Positions 23,576 through 31,430 of a DNA stretch of 34,267 bases are shown here, one piece after another. Origin of the DNA: an uncultured Lachnospiraceae bacterium. Its GTDB lineage: Bacteria; Bacillota; Clostridia; Oscillospirales; CAG-272. The stretch lies in the NCBI GenBank assembly GCA_964478105.1, contig CAYZHW010000001.1:1-34267 (forward strand), in the 5' to 3' direction. The stretch's first letter is position 1. The number at the start of each line of letters is the position of its first letter. The translations under genes and the position numbers were made by a program. Below the pieces are notes generated by a model, which made no database searches, was not told where the DNA came from, and saw only the letters and a list, made by a program, of their open reading frames with translations.

Positions 23576-25574
23576 CGCATACGATTGTAAGGCGGTATAT
23601 TTCGATTATCTTAGCGAGACCTACGGAAAATACCGCATAAGTTTGCCGCTCGACAGCGACAAATACGATATAAGATTCAGTCTCAGATACTGCGACGACG
23701 GTTGCGAAGCCGACGATATCACCGCTTTTATGCAGAGAGTCACAACGGGCGCGGCACCTGTATATAGCTGTGTTCAGTCCTACACCAAAGGTACGGGCGA
23801 TGGATATAACTTTGCCACGCGCAGATTTGAGTGGTCGATCCCCGAGATGATGAAGCCCGATATGACCGAGGAGAGCATGCGGGAAACAGAGACAAGGCTT
23901 GCAAAAATGTATGACTATATCCTCTCGCTCGGCGGCGGATACTTCGCGTGCGTGTATATTGAAGTTAAGGGCGAAAACACCGCAGATGCGGCGCGAGAGA
24001 TCGAAGAAGCCGTAAAAAATGCGACCGCAACTCGCACAGCCGAGCCCGACGGTGCAGAGATAGCGATCAAAAAGTCGCTCTCTGCCGCACGCTCGGTTGA
24101 GTATCACTTGAGATATAATCCGACCGCCGCGCAGATATCGAGCACCGACAAGATCGAAGTAAACGGGATGACCTATTACAGAGTGATCCCGAGCGAGAGG
24201 TTTCCGTATGACACATGGGATGAGATGGTCGAATACCTCGAGCAGTTCTTCTCGCCTGCGCTCACGGTTCGCCTTCTTGCCGAGACGGGCAGGTTTGCCG
24301 AGCGTGACGGAATTCTCTATCAGAGCATAAGAGAGGGATATATTGACAACTCTCTGCATACAAGCACGCTTGAGATAATAAAGGAATCGGACAGAAAATA
24401 TATTGCAAGGGTCACGACAAAGGTGGTCGATATAAACGATCGCACGCAGGTAACGGGCGAGGTCACATTTGATTATCCCTTTGAATATATCCGCGGCTCG
24501 TGGGTGTTCACTGATCTTCCGAAACAGACATCGAATCCTGTTGACCTCGCCTATTATCCCATCTCCGAGCACTACAGTGCATATCTTACGCGCGATATGA
24601 GGACTGTGCATATAAGAAAGATAGGCGAGAGCGAGAATCTTCTTTCTATAAGCTGTGACAGCACAGAAGGACTGCATCATATGGCGTTCTTACCGGGCAG
24701 CACGATACTCACGCTCAGCGAGGACGAAAAAACACTCGTTGTGAATTATATCTCAAATATTGACACAAACCGTGAGGGCGCGACGCTCTTTGACCTTGAA
24801 GCGAAGCAGGTACGCTCGCACTACCTGCCAAGACCCGAGGAGATAATTGCAGTCAACGACCCGACGGGCGAGCTTGCAAAGAAATTTCAGCCGTATATTG
24901 AGAGCGGACAGTGGCAGATCACCTGTACGGCAAAGGCAGACGGCGCGTATGTTGAGCTTATATATGAGCTTGTCACCGATACGATATCGGCGCAAGCATC
25001 GACAAGAGTGTCGAAGGATAACTATTACGGCATTTTGCAAATGTCGGGTTACGTACCGAATGCCGATGCGGCTGAATTTCTTGACGAATTTGAGAGGGCG
25101 AGAGAGGCATATTATTGGTTTGACGGCGGCACTCCTACCGTTAACGATCCCACAGGAAAGGTGATCGAGCTTCGCGGGCTTATGTACGCTCCTATAGAGA
25201 GCGACAGATTCACCGAAAACAACATTACCGATCTCGAAAGCCTTGAAAAATATTTAAATACGGTTTTCACAGAAAAAGCAACCGCAGAGTTTATGTCCAA
25301 ATGTGCGGATGTGAATGATATTTCGACCGATGATAACGCTTATTATGTTATTCTGTATCACAACGGAATATTATATGTTCACCTCGGCGGCAGAGGCACA
25401 TGGCCTACGAGCGATCCGATATTTATACTCAAAGAAAAGAGCGATAATACGGCGGTACTGGCGATCTATGTTTATGATGCACGTTATACAGATATCAAAT
25501 GGGTTGAATTTGAAGCTGAATTTGTAAGATCGGGCGATGTATGGCTCTGTGACTCTTTCCCGCATATATGGTAA
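23565..25574 (+). CDS. Hypothetical protein with two IseA-like (DL-endopeptidase-inhibitor-like) domains; start uncertain
   Basis: 669-aa ORF that overlaps the M56 gene by 11 nt. TTG start, no SD and no signal peptide. Two similar modules: '...MTYYRVIPSERFPYDTWDEMVEYLEQFFSPALTVRLL...RDGILY' and '...AYYWFDGG...LESLEKYLNTVFTEKATAEFM...HNGILYVHLGGRG'. Confidence 0.55.
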   Translation: MTHDAYDCKAVYFDYLSETYGKYRISLPLDSDKYDIRFSLRYCDDGCEADDITAFMQRVTTGAAPVYSCVQSYTKGTGDGYNFATRRFEWSIPEMMKPDMTEESMRETETRLAKMYDYILSLGGGYFACVYIEVKGENTADAAREIEEAVKNATATRTAEPDGAEIAIKKSLSAARSVEYHLRYNPTAAQISSTDKIEVNGMTYYRVIPSERFPYDTWDEMVEYLEQFFSPALTVRLLAETGRFAERDGILYQSIREGYIDNSLHTSTLEIIKESDRKYIARVTTKVVDINDRTQVTGEVTFDYPFEYIRGSWVFTDLPKQTSNPVDLAYYPISEHYSAYLTRDMRTVHIRKIGESENLLSISCDSTEGLHHMAFLPGSTILTLSEDEKTLVVNYISNIDTNREGATLFDLEAKQVRSHYLPRPEEIIAVNDPTGELAKKFQPYIESGQWQITCTAKADGAYVELIYELVTDTISAQASTRVSKDNYYGILQMSGYVPNADAAEFLDEFERAREAYYWFDGGTPTVNDPTGKVIELRGLMYAPIESDRFTENNITDLESLEKYLNTVFTEKATAEFMSKCADVNDISTDDNAYYVILYHNGILYVHLGGRGTWPTSDPIFILKEKSDNTAVLAIYVYDARYTDIKWVEFEAEFVRSGDVWLCDSFPHIW

Positions 25575-25578
25575 AAGA

Positions 25579-25614
25579 AAAATACCCGTTGAGTGTATCA
25601 GCGGGTATTTTTTG
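25579..25614. terminator. Bidirectional intrinsic terminator between the 669-aa ORF and the ABC ATPase gene
   Basis: 'aaaaatacccg-(loop)-cgggtattttttg': a stem flanked by an A-run and a T-run, between convergent genes. Confidence 0.7.
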
Positions 25615-25643
25615 TATTAAAAGTTTTTGATACGGCGTCTCTC

Positions 25644-26381
25644 TTAAAGCACCTTTGACAAAAATTCGGTTGCACGGGGGCTCTTGGGTGAATCGAAAAA
25701 TTCATTCGGCTCAGCCTCTTCCATAATGATGCCCTCGTCCATAAACATTATCTTTGTTCCGACCTCACGCGCAAAACCCATCTCGTGGGTGACGACGACC
25801 ATCGTCATACCGTCTGCGGCGAGCTTTTTCATAACCTCAAGCACCTCGCCTACCATTTCGGGGTCGAGAGCGGAGGTCGGCTCGTCAAAGAGCATTACCT
25901 CGGGGTCCATACAGAGCGCGCGGACGATTGCGATACGCTGTTTCTGTCCGCCCGAGAGCTGTGAGGGATATGCATTCTCACGGTCGGCAAGTCCGACGAC
26001 ACGGAGAAGCTCGCGTGCTTTTGCTTCGGCTTCGGCTTTGGATTTCCCGAGCAGCTTCATCGGTGCAAGTGTCATATTTTTGAGCACAGTCATATGCGGG
26101 AAGAGGTTGAACTGCTGGAACACCATTCCCATCTTCTGTCTGTGCAGATTTATATTCGCCTTGGGGGATGTGATATCCTCGCCGTCAAAGTAGATAGCAC
26201 CGCCCGTCGGCTCTTCAAGTCGGTTGAGACAGCGAAGGAAGGTCGATTTCCCCGACCCCGAGGGACCGATGACGACCGCGACGTCGCCTTTTTTTATCTC
26301 GACGTCGATGCCTTTGAGGACTTCAAGCTTTCCGAAGGCTTTGCAAAGACCTTCTACCTTAATAAGAACATTATCGTTCAC
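25644..26381 (-). CDS. Polar amino-acid ABC transporter ATP-binding protein (GlnQ/HisP type)
   Basis: Walker A 'GPSGSGKST', signature '[11 protein letters not shown]' and Walker B '[12 protein letters not shown]'. I prefer the GTG at 26381, which has an AGGAGG SD 10 nt upstream, over the ORF-track TTG at 26402. Confidence 0.9.
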   Translation of the reverse strand: MNDNVLIKVEGLCKAFGKLEVLKGIDVEIKKGDVAVVIGPSGSGKSTFLRCLNRLEEPTGGAIYFDGEDITSPKANINLHRQKMGMVFQQFNLFPHMTVLKNMTLAPMKLLGKSKAEAEAKARELLRVVGLADRENAYPSQLSGGQKQRIAIVRALCMDPEVMLFDEPTSALDPEMVGEVLEVMKKLAADGMTMVVVTHEMGFAREVGTKIMFMDEGIIMEEAEPNEFFDSPKSPRATEFLSKVL

Positions 26382-27138
26382 TCTTGCGCAACCTCCTCTC
26401 AAGCTTACCTACAAGGAATGTAAAGAGCATTACCATTGCAAGATAGATAATTGCGACTGCGATAAGCGGCATAAACGCCGAATATGTAACTCCGCGGATA
26501 CGCTCGCCCGCCTTTGTCAGATCCTCGATAGCAACGTAGCCCGCGACCGAGGTCTCCTTTAAGAGCACGATGAACTCGTTGCAAAGGGTGGGGAGCACTG
26601 TTTTGAACATCTGCGGAACGACGATGTGGATCATTGTCTGTATGTAATTGAGACCAAGGCTTCTGCCCGCCTCAAACTGTCCGTTGTCGACCGCCATAAT
26701 ACCGCTGCGGAATATTTCGGCGACGTATGCGCCCGAGTTGATACCGAAGGCGATTATAGCGACCATCGTGCCGTTTTTCGACGAAGCGAAAACGACGAAA
26801 TACATAATAAGGAGCTGAACGACGACAGGCGTTCCTCTTATGACGGTCAGGTACACGTTTGCGATGAAATTGAATATCGAGATGAGTACCCAGCCGATGC
26901 CGCCCTTTTTCTTCATCGTTTCCTTGTTTTTGTCGTATGTAGAACGGATGACAGCAATAACGACACCGATGACAAGTCCGAGTATGAGAGCAAAGAAGGT
27001 TATGATAAGGGTGTTTCCGAGACCTTCGACAAGCCACTTCCATTTCTCGCCTTTAATAAAGTTGAGAACGAAGTCAGCCTTGAGATCAAGCCACCATTCG
27101 GTGATACCGTTCTGTAGATTTAATAACCAATCGTTCAC
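26371..27138 (-). CDS. Amino-acid ABC transporter permease (HisMQ/GlnP type)
   Basis: Polytopic membrane protein with the EAA loop '[22 protein letters not shown]'. GTG start with an AGGAG SD 7 nt upstream. Confidence 0.9.
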   Translation of the reverse strand: MNDWLLNLQNGITEWWLDLKADFVLNFIKGEKWKWLVEGLGNTLIITFFALILGLVIGVVIAVIRSTYDKNKETMKKKGGIGWVLISIFNFIANVYLTVIRGTPVVVQLLIMYFVVFASSKNGTMVAIIAFGINSGAYVAEIFRSGIMAVDNGQFEAGRSLGLNYIQTMIHIVVPQMFKTVLPTLCNEFIVLLKETSVAGYVAIEDLTKAGERIRGVTYSAFMPLIAVAIIYLAMVMLFTFLVGKLERRLRKSER

Positions 27139-27179
27139 GATCTATCTCCTAAAAACAGATTTGTTGATTTTATTATTAC

Positions 27180-27211
27180 CCAAAAAATATGGGCGGGAAT
27201 GCCGCCCATAT
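27180..27211 (-). terminator. Intra-operon stem-loop/terminator between binding-protein and permease genes
   Basis: The minus strand reads 'atatgggcgg-cattc-ccgcccatat' followed by 'tttttt'. It lies 17 nt after the binding-protein stop. Confidence 0.5.
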
Positions 27212-27227
27212 CAGTTCAAAGTCGTAA

Positions 27228-28019
27228 TTACTTGATGTACTTGTCTACGATAGCCTGGATCTCGCCCGACTCTGTGAGCTTAGCAAGTGCTGCATTGAGG
27301 TCTTCGAGAAGCTTTGTATCTTCCTTGTTTACTGCGATAGCGTAATCCTCATCAGCATATGCGCCGTCAAGGATCTTGAGTCCTTCGCTTGTCTCAACGA
27401 ATGCCTTAGCGGGCTCGTTGTCGATGATAACTGCTGTTACCTTGCCTGTCTTGAGCGCTTCAACTGCGTCTGCGCCTGTCTTGTAGCGGATAACGTTGTC
27501 AGCGCCGAATCCCCATTTCTCGGGATCGTCGGATGCGTAAATATCACCTGTTGTATCCTGCTGAACACCGATCGTGATGCCTTCAACAACGCCTGCGGGG
27601 TTGCCCTCTTCGTCAAAGCTCGTGTAGAACTCTTCGAAGGATGTGTATGTAGCATCAGCCTTTACGATAACAGACTGGATACCCTTTGCGTAAGATGTTG
27701 TGAAGTTAACGCTCTCTTTACGCTCGTCTGTAACTGTCATACCTGCCATACCCATATCGTACTTGCCGGACTGAACGCCTGCAACGATAGCGCCGAAGTC
27801 GATGTCAACGATCTCAAGCTCAAGTCCGAGCTCCTTTGCGAGAAGTCCCGCGATCTCAACGTCGATACCTGCGAAGTTGCCGTTGTCGTCAACGTACTCG
27901 TAGGGAGGGAATGCCGCGTTTGTAGCCATATAAAGCTTGCCATCATCAGATGCGCCGCATCCTGCGAACACAACTGCGAGCATCAGAAGCGCGATAGTGA
28001 GTGCTAATATTTTTTTCAT
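27228..28019 (-). CDS. Amino-acid ABC transporter substrate-binding lipoprotein (family 3)
   Basis: Signal peptide plus lipobox 'LAVVFAGCGAS'. 'NAAFPPYEY', 'GIDVEIA' and 'YDMGMAGMTVTDER' are typical of polar amino-acid binding proteins. Confidence 0.9.
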   Translation of the reverse strand: MKKILALTIALLMLAVVFAGCGASDDGKLYMATNAAFPPYEYVDDNGNFAGIDVEIAGLLAKELGLELEIVDIDFGAIVAGVQSGKYDMGMAGMTVTDERKESVNFTTSYAKGIQSVIVKADATYTSFEEFYTSFDEEGNPAGVVEGITIGVQQDTTGDIYASDDPEKWGFGADNVIRYKTGADAVEALKTGKVTAVIIDNEPAKAFVETSEGLKILDGAYADEDYAIAVNKEDTKLLEDLNAALAKLTESGEIQAIVDKYIK

Positions 28020-28065
28020 GATGAAAATCCTCCATAGTAGATTATGTTGTATTTTGTATTTAATA

Positions 28066-28094
28066 ATTATACACCGTTATTGTATGAAATGCAA
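28066..28094 (-). promoter_or_regulatory. Sigma-70/SigA-type promoter of the amino-acid ABC operon
   Basis: The minus strand reads TTGCAT (28094-28089), a 17-nt spacer, then TATAAT (28071-28066). GGAGG SD precedes the ATG at 28019. Confidence 0.6.
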
Positions 28095-28119
28095 TAGGTT
28101 TGCAAAAAATTCTCGAAAA

Positions 28120-29001
28120 TTATTTCCCGCCGAGGTATCTTTCGTAGTAAAACAGATACTGCTGGGCAATTCCCGCCCATTTTCCAAGGCAGGCGGGGTC
28201 GAAATCGGGGGTGAAATACTTTGCCAGTATGCGCTTTACCCACACATCGATTGGGAAAGCCTCGTATTTTTCAAAACCGAAGAGCATTGCGCAGTTTGCG
28301 ACTTTGGGACCGACTCCCTTGATGGCGCAGAGCATCGCCTCTGCTTCTTCGGACGGTGCCGATCTGATCTTTTCAAAGTCAAGTGCGCCCGACGATGCTT
28401 TTTCCGCCGCATCGAGTATGTATTTTGCGCGAAATCCCGTCTTGAGCGAGAAGATGAGATCGACTCCTGCGCCGCAGATCGCTTCGGGTGTGGGAAAGGC
28501 GAAGTGCCCGCCGTCTATTCTTTCACCGAGCTCGCGGGACAGAGCGGCGATTATCTTTTTGATGCGCGGTATGTTGTTGTTTTGCGATACGATAAAGGAG
28601 CAGACCGTCTCCCAGGGCTCCTGACGCAGTATGCGTATGCCGCCGCCGTATTCGACCGCACAGCGGAGTGCATCCGAGTCACAGCGTGCGAGCAGATCGC
28701 GCTTGACTTCGCCGTAATCGAGGTCAAGTCCGAGGTATTTTTTCCATATTTCTTTATATTCACGCTTGGTCGCGCCGTAGATGATAAGCTCGTCGGGACG
28801 GTCCTGTGCAAATCTTACATATCTGCCGTATGCGACCCCCTCAAATTCGCACGCGTGGCGCGGCGAGGGGACGGGATCAAAGCGAAAGCACTGACCGCAG
28901 TCAAAGGTTTGAGAGACCAGAAAATGCTCGATGCCCTCTATCTTGACGGCGCTTGTTTTGCCGTCGGTAAATTCGGTTATGTATTCTTTTTCTGCTATCA
29001 T
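28120..29001 (-). CDS. ogg: 8-oxoguanine DNA glycosylase/AP lyase (Ogg1 type, HhH-GPD)
   Basis: OGG_N-like 'SQTFDCGQCFRF', 'GIRILRQEPWETVCSFIVSQNNNIPRI', the catalytic Lys in 'IKGVGPKVANCAMLFG', and the Asp in 'FPIDVWV'. The ATG at 29001 is preferred to the upstream extension to 29067. Confidence 0.8.
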   Translation of the reverse strand: MIAEKEYITEFTDGKTSAVKIEGIEHFLVSQTFDCGQCFRFDPVPSPRHACEFEGVAYGRYVRFAQDRPDELIIYGATKREYKEIWKKYLGLDLDYGEVKRDLLARCDSDALRCAVEYGGGIRILRQEPWETVCSFIVSQNNNIPRIKKIIAALSRELGERIDGGHFAFPTPEAICGAGVDLIFSLKTGFRAKYILDAAEKASSGALDFEKIRSAPSEEAEAMLCAIKGVGPKVANCAMLFGFEKYEAFPIDVWVKRILAKYFTPDFDPACLGKWAGIAQQYLFYYERYLGGK

Positions 29002-29108
29002 AATTACGCCCTTGATTTTTGTGTTGTTGTATAGTAAAATAATATCATAAATTATAAGAATTTTCAATATTTATCGAAGAGGTCAAGTTTGAAAATAAAT
29101 TTTCAAAC

Positions 29109-29226
29109 ACGGTTTTGTGGCTTTTGCCGCAAAAAGCAGAGCGGCAATTTGCTGCCGCAACCCAGCCTCGATTTCCAAGGAGAAAGGAAGCTTTTGCAAA
29201 AGCAAAAGCTATGGTCATAATAATGG
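29109..29226 (+). repeat. Copy B of the 118-nt structured repeat, leading into the Cys-rich ORF
   Basis: 108/118 identical to 5975-6092. Hairpins at 29113-29134, 29141-29158 and 29190-29209. ATGs at 29211 and 29223. Confidence 0.75.
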
Positions 29227-29945
29227 AACAGATCTATACTATACCCGTAAATGAAGCCTTTGAGGCGTACGAAGCCGACAAGAGCTGCGGCTGTGCTTTC
29301 TGCGCGCTGTACAACAAGCTTGAGGAAAATGAGCTTGAGCTTATCCTCGGAGCGTCGATGATGGAGCCCGATGTGAGAATAAAGACTAATAAAGAAGGCT
29401 TTTGCCCGACTCATTTCGATATGATGTTTAACCGTAAGAACAGGCTCGGACTTGCTCTTATGCTTGAAAGCCATCTGGATGAGCAGAAGGGAAACTTCTT
29501 CCCGGGCGGTGTGTCAGACCTGTTCGGTTCGAGCGCCGACAAAGCGGTCAAAGCGGGAGCGGCTCTTGAAGAGTCCTGCTATGTCTGCGGACGTATCGCA
29601 TACCATTTCGAGCGAATGATAAAAACTGCGGTATGGCTCTGGGAGCGTGACGGCGATTTTAAGAAAAAGTTTGCAGCTCAGCCGTATTTCTGCCTGCCGC
29701 ATTACAGAAAGCTGCTTGAATATGCAAAGAACGAGCTTTCAAAAAAGGATTTTAAGGAATTTTACGCGACAGCAAGCGGGCTTGAGAAGACATACTACGA
29801 GGAGCTCTCGGGAGATGTGAGCTGGTTCTGTAAGAAGTTTGACTACCGCTATGAGAATGAGCCGTGGTATAATTCCAAGGACGCGGTCGAACGCACCGTC
29901 AAGTTCCTTTCGTCCGACATTCACAAGGGTGTAAAAAAACAATAA
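29223..29945 (+). CDS. Cys-rich hypothetical protein (DUF6062-like, putative metal-binding)
   Basis: 'MEQIYTIPVNEAFEAYEADKSCGCAFCALYNKLE...MMEPDVRIKTNKEGFCPTHF', 'CYVCGRI' and 'FCLPHY' form paired Cys/His clusters. An alternative in-frame ATG is at 29211. The DUF6062 assignment is from memory. Confidence 0.55.
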   Translation: MEQIYTIPVNEAFEAYEADKSCGCAFCALYNKLEENELELILGASMMEPDVRIKTNKEGFCPTHFDMMFNRKNRLGLALMLESHLDEQKGNFFPGGVSDLFGSSADKAVKAGAALEESCYVCGRIAYHFERMIKTAVWLWERDGDFKKKFAAQPYFCLPHYRKLLEYAKNELSKKDFKEFYATASGLEKTYYEELSGDVSWFCKKFDYRYENEPWYNSKDAVERTVKFLSSDIHKGVKKQ

Positions 29946-29961
29946 AAAAGGGGGAGAGCGT

Positions 29962-31392
29962 ATGCACGAGCTTATCGTCGGCGGTGCGGGCTCGGGTAAG
30001 ACTGCCGAGCTTGCCTCGCGTTACGAAAAAGAGCAGAACGCTCTCTTTTTGTCGCGCAGGGGTATAACGCCCTACAAATTGGCGCTCGATATCGTCACAT
30101 CCGTCGAGGGAAAGGTGCCCGAGCCCGAGCGGGAGAGCGGCATCGGCGAGAAGAAGAGCTGTTTTTCTTCGCGAAAAGAATATGACGCGCGGCTTGCCGT
30201 CGGCGCGCCCGTTTCGTTTTGCGGCGAGGAGATGAAGAGCTTTGGCGAGACCGACATAGCGAATTTTCTTTTTGAATCAAAGGTGGATTATATCTACGAG
30301 CACCCGTACAAGATCGATACGGCAACCGCTGAGTTTTCGCAATACCGCCCGGATTTTTACCTGCCGGAATATGATATTTATATAGAATATTTCGCGCTTG
30401 ATCGTGACGGCAATGCCCCCGAGCATTTTGCAGACGGGTATGCGGCGTCGGAAAAATGGAAAAAGGAGCTCCACGCGAAAAACAAAACGAAGCTTATCGC
30501 GCTCTACGCCTATGAGCGTGACGAGGGAAAGCTTGTCGACTCGCTAAAAAAACAGCTGAAATGCGGGAAGGTCAAACTGCGCCACAGAAGACGCGGCGAG
30601 CTTTATCCGAAGGGCGCGTCGTATACCGAGCAAAAGGGCGCAGCGGATTTTGCGCCCATATTAAAAAAGGCGGCGGAATATGCAAGGTCGGGTGCGTACA
30701 AGTGCCCGTATTCGCACATCTTTGCCGATGATATCGACCTTTTCGGCGCGGATTGCGCCGAGCTTTTGCGTGCATTGCCTGTGCCCGTCACCGCAAGCGC
30801 GAGAAGCAAGGTCTTCGGCGAAAAGATAACAAGGCTCGATAAAAAATACAGGACGCCGAAATATGATTTTGTTTTCTCGCACACAAAAGACGGTGAGAGA
30901 GCCGAAATGATAAAGCGCCTAACCTCATTTCCCAACGGTGCCGTAGTGTTTATCATCGGAAAAAGAAATGACGATGCGCTTTTGCTTGCGGGAGACTGTA
31001 TATCACTCTCGTACAACCGTGCGGGCGAGTGCGTCAATGTGAAACTGCCCCAAAACAGCGGGGTGCGTGTGTATTACCTTACCGCTTCGCGCGTCGAGGG
31101 AAGCGAGTGCGATCACGCACTCGTGCTTGCAGACACCTTTTCTTACGGGGATGAGCGGGAGTTTGAAACAGCGGTAACACGCGCCAAAAAATCTGTACTG
31201 ATCCTCTCAAAAACGGGAGAGGAGAGTCCGCTTGCAAAGGATCTTCGCGGTTCGCTCGGAGTAAAAGAGAGCAAAAAGGGCTTTGAGTGCCCCAAGTGCG
31301 GCTCGCCGCTTACCGTGGTCAATGGAAAATACGGCGACTTCCTCGGATGTACCAACTACAAGGGCGGATGTGATTATAAAAGGAAAATGTAA
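29962..31392 (+). CDS. Reduced helicase-IV/UvrD-like P-loop protein with nuclease-like insert and C-terminal topoisomerase-type zinc ribbon
   Basis: Walker A 'GGAGSGKTA' at aa 7-15. 'GETDIANFLFESKVDYIYEHPY...YRPDFYLPEYDIYIEYF' is the helicase-IV-type insert. Degenerate motif II is 'IFADDIDLF', and the motif-VI-like segment is 'AVTRAKKSVLIL'. The C-terminus is 'CPKCGSPLTVVNGKYGDFLGCTNYKGGC'. GGGGGAG SD. Confidence 0.65.
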   Translation: MHELIVGGAGSGKTAELASRYEKEQNALFLSRRGITPYKLALDIVTSVEGKVPEPERESGIGEKKSCFSSRKEYDARLAVGAPVSFCGEEMKSFGETDIANFLFESKVDYIYEHPYKIDTATAEFSQYRPDFYLPEYDIYIEYFALDRDGNAPEHFADGYAASEKWKKELHAKNKTKLIALYAYERDEGKLVDSLKKQLKCGKVKLRHRRRGELYPKGASYTEQKGAADFAPILKKAAEYARSGAYKCPYSHIFADDIDLFGADCAELLRALPVPVTASARSKVFGEKITRLDKKYRTPKYDFVFSHTKDGERAEMIKRLTSFPNGAVVFIIGKRNDDALLLAGDCISLSYNRAGECVNVKLPQNSGVRVYYLTASRVEGSECDHALVLADTFSYGDEREFETAVTRAKKSVLILSKTGEESPLAKDLRGSLGVKESKKGFECPKCGSPLTVVNGKYGDFLGCTNYKGGCDYKRKM

Positions 31393-31428
31393 AAGGTGTT
31401 GCACCGTATGAAGTGCAACACCTTTTTT
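31391..31428. terminator. Bidirectional intrinsic terminator between the helicase-like gene and the M23 peptidase gene
   Basis: 'aaaaggtgttgcac-cgtatgaa-gtgcaacacctttttt': a 14-bp stem with A/T-run flanks, between convergent genes. Confidence 0.8.
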
Positions 31429-31430
31429 GA

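Noticed and set aside
10690-29001. Three base-excision glycosylases (nth, a hypoxanthine-type UDG and ogg) in one 34-kb window as a possible DNA repair island.
   Set aside because: They are dispersed, lie in different operons and on different strands, and each is a common housekeeping gene. The window gives no evidence of co-regulation or common origin.
5975-29226. The two direct copies of the 118-nt repeat as boundaries of a 23-kb mobile element or genomic island.
   Set aside because: The interior is dominated by core genes (mreBCD, mrdA, nth, ahcY, dagK, ABC transporter, ogg). There is no integrase, transposase or tRNA target. Each copy is precisely positioned at a gene start, which fits a leader or dispersed repeat better than island ends.
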